60,629 nt of DNA, taken from positions 1 to 60,629 of the forward strand of contig DLPY01000057.1 in assembly GCA_002478685.1 (NCBI GenBank), given 5' to 3'. Both the position numbers and the translations under genes were made by a program. The stretch comes from Flavobacteriaceae bacterium UBA7446. GTDB taxonomy: Bacteria; Bacteroidota; Bacteroidia; Flavobacteriales; Flavobacteriaceae. Position 1 is the first letter of the stretch, and each line of letters opens with the position of its first letter. The notes under the pieces are model-generated. The model did not search any database. It was not told the DNA's origin and saw only the letters and a list, made by a program, of their open reading frames with translations. Shown here piece by piece: positions 36,888-45,060 of the stretch.

Positions 36888-37649
36888 TTAACGTATTTGA
36901 GCTACAAAATCATACACACTATCAGCACCATTAGCCTCAAGGTGCTTGATAAATGCCGATCCGATAATAGCACCTTTGGTGTGCACTGTAGCTACTTGAT
37001 ACGTTACGGCATTGCTAATGCCAAACCCAACCAAAAGCTTAGCATTGAGGTTCATAGCACCGATGCGCTTAAAATATTCAGTTTGTACATCGCCAAAACT
37101 GTTTTGAGCACCTGTGGTTGCGGCACTACTAACCATATAAATAAAGCCTTCAGAGACATTGTCAATGTAGCGAATACGCTCATCGTTGGTTTGTGGGGTA
37201 ATCAAAAACATATTGAGTAGTCCGTATTGTTGAAATAATTCTTGGTAGTTTTCGTGATATACATCAACGGGAAGGTCTGGTATGATTAGTCCGTCAATAC
37301 CAACCTTTTGACATTTTTGACAAAAGCGTTCCACACCATATTGCATCATTGGGTTAAAATATCCCATGACAATAAGAGGTACGCTTACGTGTTTACGCAC
37401 ATCTTTGAGCTGTTCGAAGAGCTTATCGGTTGTCATCCCGTTTCGCAGGGCTTGCGTGGAGCTTTCTTGTATAGTTGGGCCATCTGCCAATGGATCTGAA
37501 AAAGGCAACCCCAATTCAATAATGTCCACACCAGCTTCCTCTAACTGCTTTAAAATCGAAACCGTGTCGTTTAGGTTTGGAAACCCAGCGGTAAAATAAA
37601 TAGATAGCAGTTTGTGGTCTTGTGCAAGTGCTAACTGAATACGATTCAT
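36888..37649 (-). CDS. trpA: Tryptophan synthase alpha chain
   Basis: 253 aa. ..IELGLPFSDPLADGPTIQ.. and ..GFGIS... Confidence 0.95.
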   Translation of the reverse strand: MNRIQLALAQDHKLLSIYFTAGFPNLNDTVSILKQLEEAGVDIIELGLPFSDPLADGPTIQESSTQALRNGMTTDKLFEQLKDVRKHVSVPLIVMGYFNPMMQYGVERFCQKCQKVGIDGLIIPDLPVDVYHENYQELFQQYGLLNMFLITPQTNDERIRYIDNVSEGFIYMVSSAATTGAQNSFGDVQTEYFKRIGAMNLNAKLLVGFGISNAVTYQVATVHTKGAIIGSAFIKHLEANGADSVYDFVAQIR

Positions 37650-37728
37650 GAAAATAAAGTTGGCTTTATTTTAAAAATCAAAAATACTCTTTTCAAAAGG
37701 TACAGGCAACAAAAAAACGACAGACGAC

Positions 37729-37906
37729 TTATTCCTTTAGCATATCCCGAATTTCGGTGAGTAATACTTCTTCTTTTGAAGGGGCTGGAGGGGGAGCCAC
37801 TTCAGCTTCTTTCTTTGCTGTTGTCTCTGGGTTTGTTGTAGAATTTAACTACCATAAAATGGCAAACGCAACAATCAAAAAAGTAATTAGACAGTGACTT
37901 ATTTCA
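37729..37906 (-). pseudogene. mscL: Remnant of the 3' half of an mscL (large-conductance mechanosensitive channel) gene, frameshifted
   Basis: One frame of the minus strand gives ..[31 protein letters not shown]. Compare the E. coli MscL tail ..[28 protein letters not shown]. The upstream TM2-like pieces LITFLIVAFAI and FMVVKFYNK lie in two different frames. There is no N-terminal half and no start codon. Confidence 0.55.
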
Positions 37907-37932
37907 ACATGAAATTACAAACTTTTTGTAAT

Positions 37933-39117
37933 CTAAAGTTTAAAATAATTGATATAGGTATCGAGATCTTTGTCGCCACGTCCCGAACAGTTAAGTAGTA
38001 GCACGTCGTCGGTTTTAAATTTGCGCTCATCTAGCAGCGCAAAAGCATGTGCAGTTTCAATTGCTGGAATAATACCTTCCATTTGCGAAAGCGAAAGCCC
38101 CCATTCCATAGCTTCTTGGTCTGGAATAGAAATAAACTCCGCACGTTGACTGCGATACAAATGTGCATGCAAGGGACCAACGCCAGGATAATCTAGCCCT
38201 GCAGAAATGGAGTAAGGCTCTGTGATTTGCCCATCGGGCGTTTGAATCAACAATGTTTTGCTTCCGTGAATAATACCCTCTTTGCCCAAAGCGGAGGTTG
38301 CCGCACTTTCTCCTGAATCAATACCTTTTCCTGCGGCTTCTACAGCGATAATGTTTACACGTGGGTCGTCTAAATAGTGGTAATAAATTCCGGCTGCGTT
38401 ACTTCCACCACCTACACACGCAATCACGTGGTCGGGGTAGTCACGTCCTTCGGCTTCCAAAAGTTGCACTTTGCATTCTTCGCTGATTACCGCTTGAAAA
38501 CGCGCCACCATATCGGGGTAGGGATGTGGTCCCACTACCGAACCAATGATGTAATGTGTGTCTACGGGGTTGTTAATCCAATCGCGGATAGCTTCATTGG
38601 TTGCATCTTTTAAGGTTTTGCTTCCTGATTGTGCTGGGCGCACCTCTGCGCCTAACATTTTCATTCGCGCTACGTTCGGCGCTTGACGTTTAATGTCCAA
38701 TTCCCCCATATACACAACACACTGAATACCCATAAGCGCACAAACAGTAGCTGTAGCTACACCGTGCTGTCCAGCACCAGTTTCTGCAATAATGCGGTTT
38801 TTACCCAACCGTTTTGCTAGCAAAATCTGACCAATGGTATTATTGATTTTATGTGCTCCAGTATGGCATAAATCTTCACGTTTTAGGTAGATTTTGGTAT
38901 CATACTTTTTAGATAAGCGCGACGCAAAATACAATGGCGTAGGCCTACCCACATAGTCTTTTAGCAATTGGTCAAACTCCGCTTTAAAATCATCCTGTGC
39001 GGTGATTTCCAAATATCTTTGTCGCAGTTCTTCTACATTTGGATAGAGCATTTCTGGAATATAGGCTCCGCCAAAATCGCCGTAGTATCCTTTTTCGTTT
39101 ACGTGGTACGTATTCAT
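37933..39117 (-). CDS. trpB: Tryptophan synthase beta chain
   Basis: 394 aa. ..LKREDLCHTGAHKINN.. (PLP lysine) and ..GGGSNAAG... Confidence 0.97.
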   Translation of the reverse strand: MNTYHVNEKGYYGDFGGAYIPEMLYPNVEELRQRYLEITAQDDFKAEFDQLLKDYVGRPTPLYFASRLSKKYDTKIYLKREDLCHTGAHKINNTIGQILLAKRLGKNRIIAETGAGQHGVATATVCALMGIQCVVYMGELDIKRQAPNVARMKMLGAEVRPAQSGSKTLKDATNEAIRDWINNPVDTHYIIGSVVGPHPYPDMVARFQAVISEECKVQLLEAEGRDYPDHVIACVGGGSNAAGIYYHYLDDPRVNIIAVEAAGKGIDSGESAATSALGKEGIIHGSKTLLIQTPDGQITEPYSISAGLDYPGVGPLHAHLYRSQRAEFISIPDQEAMEWGLSLSQMEGIIPAIETAHAFALLDERKFKTDDVLLLNCSGRGDKDLDTYINYFKL

Positions 39118-39722
39118 AGCGCTAATTTTTCTTTAAAATTTTTTAGTTGCTTCGCATTCTTAAGAGCTGGAGCAGTCTCAAATAAACTGTTTACGTCAAT
39201 TGCATAAACAGGTAAGTCTGAATTGCGAATGTCGTTAATTTTAGCAATTTCCGCCATCCCAATTCCGCCACTGATAAAAAAGGGTAAATTAAATGGATAT
39301 TCGTTTAAAAGTGTCCAGTCAAACGTAGTGCCGTTACCTCCTGGAAGTGGTCCTTTGGTGTCAAATAGAAAAAAATCACAACAGGGCAGGTAATCTGTTA
39401 GGGTATCAAAATCAAAATCTACACCCACGCCAAATGCTTTTATCACTTGCGTTTTGCCTTGCAATGTACGGCAAAGGGAAGGTGATTCATTTCCGTGTAA
39501 TTGCACCGCGCCTAACTTGAACGCGGTAATGGCCTGTTCAATTTTTTCTAAATGCGCATCTACAAACACTCCGACTTTGGTAATGCCAGCAGGCACTTCG
39601 GGTGGTGTGGGGCAATAGCGTTCGGAGCCATCCCACAAAATAAACCCCATATAATCGGGTCGCAATGCAGCTATTTCGAGTACATTGTTGGGTTCGCGCA
39701 TGCCGCATACTTTCCATTTCAT
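39114..39722 (-). CDS. trpF: Phosphoribosylanthranilate isomerase
   Basis: 202 aa. MKWKVCGM N-terminus, ..VQLHG.., position in the trp operon, and an ATGA overlap with trpC. Confidence 0.9.
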   Translation of the reverse strand: MKWKVCGMREPNNVLEIAALRPDYMGFILWDGSERYCPTPPEVPAGITKVGVFVDAHLEKIEQAITAFKLGAVQLHGNESPSLCRTLQGKTQVIKAFGVGVDFDFDTLTDYLPCCDFFLFDTKGPLPGGNGTTFDWTLLNEYPFNLPFFISGGIGMAEIAKINDIRNSDLPVYAIDVNSLFETAPALKNAKQLKNFKEKLAL

Positions 39723-40504
39723 GGTGTAAAGTTTTGAATAAACTGTTGTGCTGCCTTGCCTGGCGATTCATGCAGCATAAAATGTTCGCCCATCAAAAAA
39801 CCGTCAAAGCCTGCTTTTTGCAGCGTGGCAATAGTGTTGTGCGAAGAAATACCACTTTCCGAAATTTTAATTTTATCGGTGGGGATATATTCTGCCAATG
39901 AGAGGCTTGTTTCCAATGACACCGAAAAATCCTTAAGGTTACGGTTATTTACACCAATCACATCAACAAATTCCAAAGGTGATTGGTCGAGCTCCGCTTT
40001 GTTATGCACCTCTAGCAATACCTGCAGTCCAATGTCTTTTGCGGTTTTGGCAAGTGAATTTATCTCATTGGGACTCAAACATGCTGTAATAAGCAAAATA
40101 GCATCTGCGCCATAGGCTTTTGCTTCATGAATTTGATATGCATCAACAATAAACTCTTTTCGCAATAAGGGCAGTTGACATGCGCTTCGCGCCAACAGTA
40201 AATCTTCTACTGACCCCCCAAAATATTGATTATTGGTGAGCACAGAGACTGCAGCAACGCCTGCGTTTTCGTAGCCTTGCGCTACGGCTGAAACTCTAGA
40301 TTGCAACTTTATCTCTGGTTTTGAAGGCGAACGCCTTTTGTGCTCTGCCACAATGCCCAAAGGGGTGTTTTTAATCGAATGAGAAAATGAAATGATTTCC
40401 CTTTTGTATAGTGGCATGGCGTAAAGCTGTGCTTCAGAAACAACAGCTTTTTTAAGTGTAATTTCTTTGTGCTGGTCGGCAACGATTTGTGCTAAAATAC
40501 TCAT
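39719..40504 (-). CDS. trpC: Indole-3-glycerol phosphate synthase
   Basis: 261 aa. ..IVAEHKRRSPS.., ..LRKEFI.., ..IGVNNRNL... Confidence 0.93.
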   Translation of the reverse strand: MSILAQIVADQHKEITLKKAVVSEAQLYAMPLYKREIISFSHSIKNTPLGIVAEHKRRSPSKPEIKLQSRVSAVAQGYENAGVAAVSVLTNNQYFGGSVEDLLLARSACQLPLLRKEFIVDAYQIHEAKAYGADAILLITACLSPNEINSLAKTAKDIGLQVLLEVHNKAELDQSPLEFVDVIGVNNRNLKDFSVSLETSLSLAEYIPTDKIKISESGISSHNTIATLQKAGFDGFLMGEHFMLHESPGKAAQQFIQNFTP

Positions 40505-41496
40505 GCCTTGCTCAGTGCTAAAAGTTTGGTGAAAGCGTTTAACGCTTTCTTAGATTCTATGGATTCTTGTGCTTTGGTGTAGCCTTCTACTAAAGAAATA
40601 TTCAATGCGGTGGCAATAGCAGTTCCCGCATTGGCGCATACCACTTGCTTTTGCGCAGCAGTAGCCTCGTCGTTAAGAACAGCAGTGAAAATAGCCGCTG
40701 CATCTTCAACCGAACTTCCTCCTCCAATCAACTTGGGTGATAGTGGTTTTAGTCCAAAATCAGAAGGACGAATAAGCATTTCGCCTTGTTTGGAAACAGC
40801 TTTGGTAGCTCCGGTAAGGGAAATTTCGTCATAGCCATCTAAACCATGTAAAATGCAAAACTGCTTGTCTGAATCTTGAAATAAAAAATGATATAAACGA
40901 AGCAACACCAAATTGAAAACCCCAATGATTTGTCGCTTTGGTGAACACGGGTTTACCAATGGTCCCAGCATATTGAAAAAGGTTTTGAGTTGCAACGCAC
41001 GTCGAATGGGCGCCACGTGCTTCATAGCGGGATGAAAAAGCGGTGCATGCAACACACAAATACCCGCTTGGTCAATGCATTTTTCTAAAAAATCTGCATC
41101 GTTTGAAAATTTTATGCCCAAATGCTCCATTACATTACTGGAGCCACAGGAAGAAGAAACTCCATAATTGCCGTGCTTTGCTACATGAATACCTGCGCCA
41201 GCAGTAACAAAAGATGACAAGGTGGAAATATTAAAAGTGTCTTTTCCATCACCTCCTGTTCCGCACAAATCTATAGGATTATATGCCGAAAGATCAACAG
41301 CAACGCAAAGCGCTAAAAGTGCATCTCGAAAGCCAGCTAATTCTTCAACCGCAATGCTACGCATCATAAACACACTCAAAAACGTTGTGATTTGATATGG
41401 ATCACCGGCGCCACTACCAATAAAAAGCAATGCCTGTTTTGCCTCTTGTCGTGAGAGTTTTTCGTGTTGGGTAAGACGAGTTAAAAGTTCTTTCAT
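40501..41496 (-). CDS. trpD: Anthranilate phosphoribosyltransferase
   Basis: ..CGTGGDGKDTFNIST.. motif. The start ATG overlaps the trpG stop (ATGA). The ORF extends to 41508. Confidence 0.93.
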   Translation of the reverse strand: MKELLTRLTQHEKLSRQEAKQALLFIGSGAGDPYQITTFLSVFMMRSIAVEELAGFRDALLALCVAVDLSAYNPIDLCGTGGDGKDTFNISTLSSFVTAGAGIHVAKHGNYGVSSSCGSSNVMEHLGIKFSNDADFLEKCIDQAGICVLHAPLFHPAMKHVAPIRRALQLKTFFNMLGPLVNPCSPKRQIIGVFNLVLLRLYHFLFQDSDKQFCILHGLDGYDEISLTGATKAVSKQGEMLIRPSDFGLKPLSPKLIGGGSSVEDAAAIFTAVLNDEATAAQKQVVCANAGTAIATALNISLVEGYTKAQESIESKKALNAFTKLLALSKA

Positions 41497-42053
41497 AGCG
41501 CAACCCAATTTTTTAGCAATTCTTTCCCAAGTGGCGTTAATACCGATTCGGGATGAAATTGTACACCATAAAGCGGATATTTCTCATGCTTAAACGCCAT
41601 CACTTGTCCGTTTTCTTCCTCTGCTAAAAGCACGAAATCCTTTGGAAGAGGTTTGTCAACCACCCACGAGTGATAGCGTCCAATGTCAAATTTTTGTGGA
41701 AGTCCCGCAAAAAGGGGGTCATCTTGCAGTACGCTCATGGTACTGGCAACCCCATGAAAAACAGTAGACAAATTTGTTAGCGTTCCTCCAAAAACTTCGG
41801 CAATGGCTTGATGCCCCAAGCATACGCCAAGCATGGGAATGCTTTTGGCGTATTTTTCAATAACGGACTTTAAGAGCCCCGCCTCATCAGGAATTCCAGG
41901 TCCGGGAGAAAGTACGATTTTGTCAAAATCGGCAACTTTGTTTAGTTCAAATTGGTCGTTGCGCTTTACGGTAACGACACAATTAAGCTCTTCCAAATAA
42001 TGCACCAGATTAAAGGTGAACGAATCGTAATTATCTATAACTAAAATGTTCAT
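41493..42053 (-). CDS. trpG: Anthranilate synthase component II (glutamine amidotransferase)
   Basis: 186 aa. MNILVIDNYDSFTFNL, catalytic GVCLGHQ, and ..FHPES... Confidence 0.92.
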   Translation of the reverse strand: MNILVIDNYDSFTFNLVHYLEELNCVVTVKRNDQFELNKVADFDKIVLSPGPGIPDEAGLLKSVIEKYAKSIPMLGVCLGHQAIAEVFGGTLTNLSTVFHGVASTMSVLQDDPLFAGLPQKFDIGRYHSWVVDKPLPKDFVLLAEEENGQVMAFKHEKYPLYGVQFHPESVLTPLGKELLKNWVAL

Positions 42054-43453
42054 GAAAATTGTTTTTCAGTCTTTTCTATGGCAGTATTTAACGCTCGTAA
42101 TTTGTTGTATACCTCTTGTAGTTCACTTTCTGGCGTTGATTTTGATACCACACCCGCGCCTGCCTGATAGTGCAGCACATTATCCTTGCTTAAAAAAGAT
42201 CGAATAATAATTGCGTGGTTGTAATTTCCTTTAAAATCAATAAAACCGATGGCACCGCCATAGAAGGCGCGGTCGCTATTCTCATAACTATCAATAAGTT
42301 GCATGGCACGGTGTTTTGGTGCTCCACTTAAAGTTCCTGCCGGGAAGGTGTCTGCAACTACTTGCATGGTAGGAGTATCTGTTTTTTTCTGCCCCGTAAC
42401 CTTAGAAACTAAATGAATAACGTGCGAATAAAACTGTACTTCACGGTCTTTTTCTACCGAAACATTATGTCCATGACGGCTCAAATCGTTGCGTGCCAAA
42501 TCTACCAGCATCATGTGTTCGGCATTTTCTTTCAGGTCTTGCGCAAGTTCTTTTGCTTTAGCTTCGTCTTGTGTATCGTTGCCTGTTCGTATAAATGTTC
42601 CCGCAATTGGATGAATTTCTGCTACGCCATCTTGCACCACCAATTGCGATTCGGGTGAGCTACCAAAAATCTTAAAGTTTCCCAAATCAAAATAAAAAAT
42701 ATAGGGAGATGGATTGATAGATCGCAGTACGCGGTAGAGGCTAAAATCGTCTCCTTTGAACGCCTGTCTAAAACGGCGGGACAATACAATTTGGAAAACA
42801 TCGCCTCGAATGCAATGATGAATGCCTTTTTTAACCAATTCCACAAAATCCTCGTCATTCATGTTGGAAACAGACGTACCATCTCTACGGAATGCAAACG
42901 AGTCGCGCGCAGGTGCTTTGAGCAGTTTTTCTATTTCGTCTAAGTTACTTTCACTTTTGTAGCAATGCGCAAATAATTTGGCTTGATTATTAAATACATT
43001 AACTGCAACGATGTTTTGATACAGAGCATAATATATTTCGGGTATTTCAGAGTTGTTTTCCTTTTTTTTAAATGAAATATCCTCAAAATACTGCACGGCT
43101 TCGTAAGCGGTGTAACCAAACAAACCATTGCTTAAAAAGCGTGTTTCGGGTAGATTGGTTTCAAAATGTGATATAAATGTTTCGAGCGCATCCACTACAG
43201 AGATTTCTTTTGTTAATGATGTTTTTTGCGCCTTGCCATCGGGAAACGTTTGCGTTATCTGACCGTTATGTATCTTAAAAGAGGCAATTGGATTAAAGCA
43301 CAAATATGCGACGCTGTTGTCGTTTGCACCGTAATCGGAGCTTTCCAAAAGCACACTTTCTGGAAATGCGTCTCTAATTTTTAGGTACATATTCACTGGT
43401 GTCATGGTGTCGGTGAGTAGCTCACGTGTATCTGTTTTGAGTACAAACTTCAT
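42050..43453 (-). CDS. trpE: Anthranilate synthase component I
   Basis: 467 aa chorismate-binding enzyme. ..LLESS.. feedback-site motif near the N-terminus and ..GAPK..AM..I..E...R..YGG..G.. at the C-terminus. Confidence 0.95.
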   Translation of the reverse strand: MKFVLKTDTRELLTDTMTPVNMYLKIRDAFPESVLLESSDYGANDNSVAYLCFNPIASFKIHNGQITQTFPDGKAQKTSLTKEISVVDALETFISHFETNLPETRFLSNGLFGYTAYEAVQYFEDISFKKKENNSEIPEIYYALYQNIVAVNVFNNQAKLFAHCYKSESNLDEIEKLLKAPARDSFAFRRDGTSVSNMNDEDFVELVKKGIHHCIRGDVFQIVLSRRFRQAFKGDDFSLYRVLRSINPSPYIFYFDLGNFKIFGSSPESQLVVQDGVAEIHPIAGTFIRTGNDTQDEAKAKELAQDLKENAEHMMLVDLARNDLSRHGHNVSVEKDREVQFYSHVIHLVSKVTGQKKTDTPTMQVVADTFPAGTLSGAPKHRAMQLIDSYENSDRAFYGGAIGFIDFKGNYNHAIIIRSFLSKDNVLHYQAGAGVVSKSTPESELQEVYNKLRALNTAIEKTEKQFS

Positions 43454-43462
43454 GCTTCAAAA

Positions 43463-43496
43463 ATAAAAAAAAGGCTTGTCAATACGACAAGCCTTT
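43463..43496 (-). terminator. Attenuator terminator immediately upstream of trpE
   Basis: The minus strand reads AAAGGCTTGTC-GTATT-GACAAGCCTTT followed by TTTTTTTT (the run includes the last three stem Ts). It ends about 10 nt before the trpE ATG. Confidence 0.7.
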
Positions 43497-43524
43497 ATAT
43501 GATTCTAAAACGCTTATCGACCCC

Positions 43525-43569
43525 CTAAAAGGAGCTCCACCAAAGCGATTTATTTGTGATTTTTTTCAT
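43525..43569 (-). CDS. trpL: trp operon leader peptide MKKITNKSLWWSSF
   Basis: A 14-codon ORF with tandem TGG TGG at codons 10-11. It is followed by alternative antiterminator and terminator hairpins and then trpE. Confidence 0.65.
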   Translation of the reverse strand: MKKITNKSLWWSSF

Positions 43570-43574
43570 CTGCT

Positions 43575-43582
43575 CAAATATA
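43575..43582 (-). promoter_or_regulatory. -7 promoter box TAtaTTTG for the trp leader/operon
   Basis: Exact TAnnTTTG on the minus strand, with 5 nt between the box and the leader ATG. Confidence 0.4.
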
Positions 43583-43608
43583 CAATTCGACAGTTAAAAA
43601 ACAAGGAA

Positions 43609-44166
43609 TTAGTATGTAAAGCTTACGCTAAGTTCGAATTCGTCGTTGATGAGTTTGTCTCCGAGGTTTTTAAAGAAAGATCCAGATCGGAATTTCACAT
43701 TGTATTTTGAGCGGTCAATTTCCAAATCTGCTGTTGCTTTGTTCCCGTCCAGTTTTATGATAAAGTTCTCAGGGTGCGTAATACCTCGTATTGTAAAATC
43801 ACCAGTAACTTTATATCCTTCCTCAGTTGGAACTACTGAAGTGAACTTGAGTTTTGCTTCTGGATGTTCTGCTACACCAAAAAAAGCATCTGATTTTAAA
43901 TGTCCAACAAGTTTAGCAGCATATTTTTCGGATAAATCTGTACAAACAATGCTATTCATATCAACAGTAAAAGCCCCATCTACAAGAGAGTCTCCATCAA
44001 ATGATAGTGATCCAGAGCTAATTTCAATGGTTCCCTTATGAAACTCTTTTGTTATTTCGGTTCCTTTCCAGTTGATAATGCCATTAGAAATAGCTGTTTT
44101 CTGTGCATATAACCCGAAGGCTAAAAATAGTGTTGCCCCAAGGACTATAAGATTTCTCTTTTTCAT
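43609..44166 (-). CDS. YceI family periplasmic polyisoprenoid-binding protein
   Basis: 185 aa with a signal peptide. YceI motifs are present: ..GHLKSDAFFGVAEHPEAKF.. and ..ITIRGITH... Confidence 0.9.
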   Translation of the reverse strand: MKKRNLIVLGATLFLAFGLYAQKTAISNGIINWKGTEITKEFHKGTIEISSGSLSFDGDSLVDGAFTVDMNSIVCTDLSEKYAAKLVGHLKSDAFFGVAEHPEAKLKFTSVVPTEEGYKVTGDFTIRGITHPENFIIKLDGNKATADLEIDRSKYNVKFRSGSFFKNLGDKLINDEFELSVSFTY

Positions 44167-44176
44167 ATGTATGTAT

Positions 44177-44600
44177 TTAATATTTATTTTCTGGTTCTAA
44201 TTTTGCTAACAGCCGCAAGAACTGTTCCATTTCCTGTTAAGATAAAAAAGAAGTGATTTTTTCTTCTTTTGAGACCAAAACATGCTCAATTTTGTCAAGT
44301 AAATCAAGATTTTTTTTAGTAATAAAATATCCACTTTGCGTCGATTTATGTACACACTTCTCTTCTTAATAGCTCTTTATAAATAAGTCTACTTACAAGT
44401 CTCGAGGTATTGCTCATGCGTTGAATCATATCGTCGGTTATGCTCATTAAAAAAGCTGCCTTGCCGTTTTTGTCATGCAAAATATGTAGTACATTAAACT
44501 GTTGTAGCATCAGCCCAAAAGACTGGAGCATAGTTCGGATTTGGTCATGTCCCAAATTTCCGATCCGCATGAGTACCACTGTAACAGCTCGACTTATCAT
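44177..44600 (-). pseudogene. MarR-family transcriptional regulator, disrupted by premature stops/frameshifts
   Basis: The intact N-terminal 84 codons (..QQFNVLHILHDKNGKAAFLMSITDDMIQRMSNTSRLVSRLIYKELLRREVCT*) end in TAA. The expected continuation is spread over other frames: NRRKVDILL, then TKKNLDLLDKIEHVLVSKEEKITSFLS*, then QEMEQFLRLLAKLEPENKY*. This implies at least 1-2 frameshifts plus an internal TAA. Confidence 0.5.
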
Positions 44601-44659
44601 CGTAACAACAATTATTGTTATGATAAATGTAGTGTGATTTTTTAAATTATATTTGATTT

Positions 44660-45046
44660 ATGATAAAATATATATGTATTGCAATTAGCGTGCTAATTGT
44701 TTCTTGTGTATTTTCGCCCCAAATACGAACTGCTATGAACGAATTAGCGCCCAGCGAATGGGCAGAACTTCAAAGTAAAACCCCAGAATCTGTTATCCTT
44801 GATGTACGTACCGATGAAGAATTTGAAAGCGGTTACATTGCTGGAGCCAAGAATTTAGATATTAGAGGTGGTGCATCATTTGTTTCTTCAATTCAGGAAT
44901 TAGACAAATCAAAGGCTTATTTTGTGTATTGTCGTTCAGGTGCTAGAAGTGGGCAAGCCTGTCAGCTGATGGAGCAAATGGGCTTTGAACGTGTGTATAA
45001 CCTTGAAGGTGGCGTCCTTGCTTGGGAGGGCGATTTGAAGGAGTAA
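44660..45046 (+). CDS. Rhodanese-like domain-containing protein
   Basis: 128 aa with a signal/anchor sequence. ..LDVRTDEEFESGYIAGA.. and the active-site loop YCRSGARS. Confidence 0.85.
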   Translation: MIKYICIAISVLIVSCVFSPQIRTAMNELAPSEWAELQSKTPESVILDVRTDEEFESGYIAGAKNLDIRGGASFVSSIQELDKSKAYFVYCRSGARSGQACQLMEQMGFERVYNLEGGVLAWEGDLKE

Positions 45047-45060
45047 TCCGCTTATGTTAG

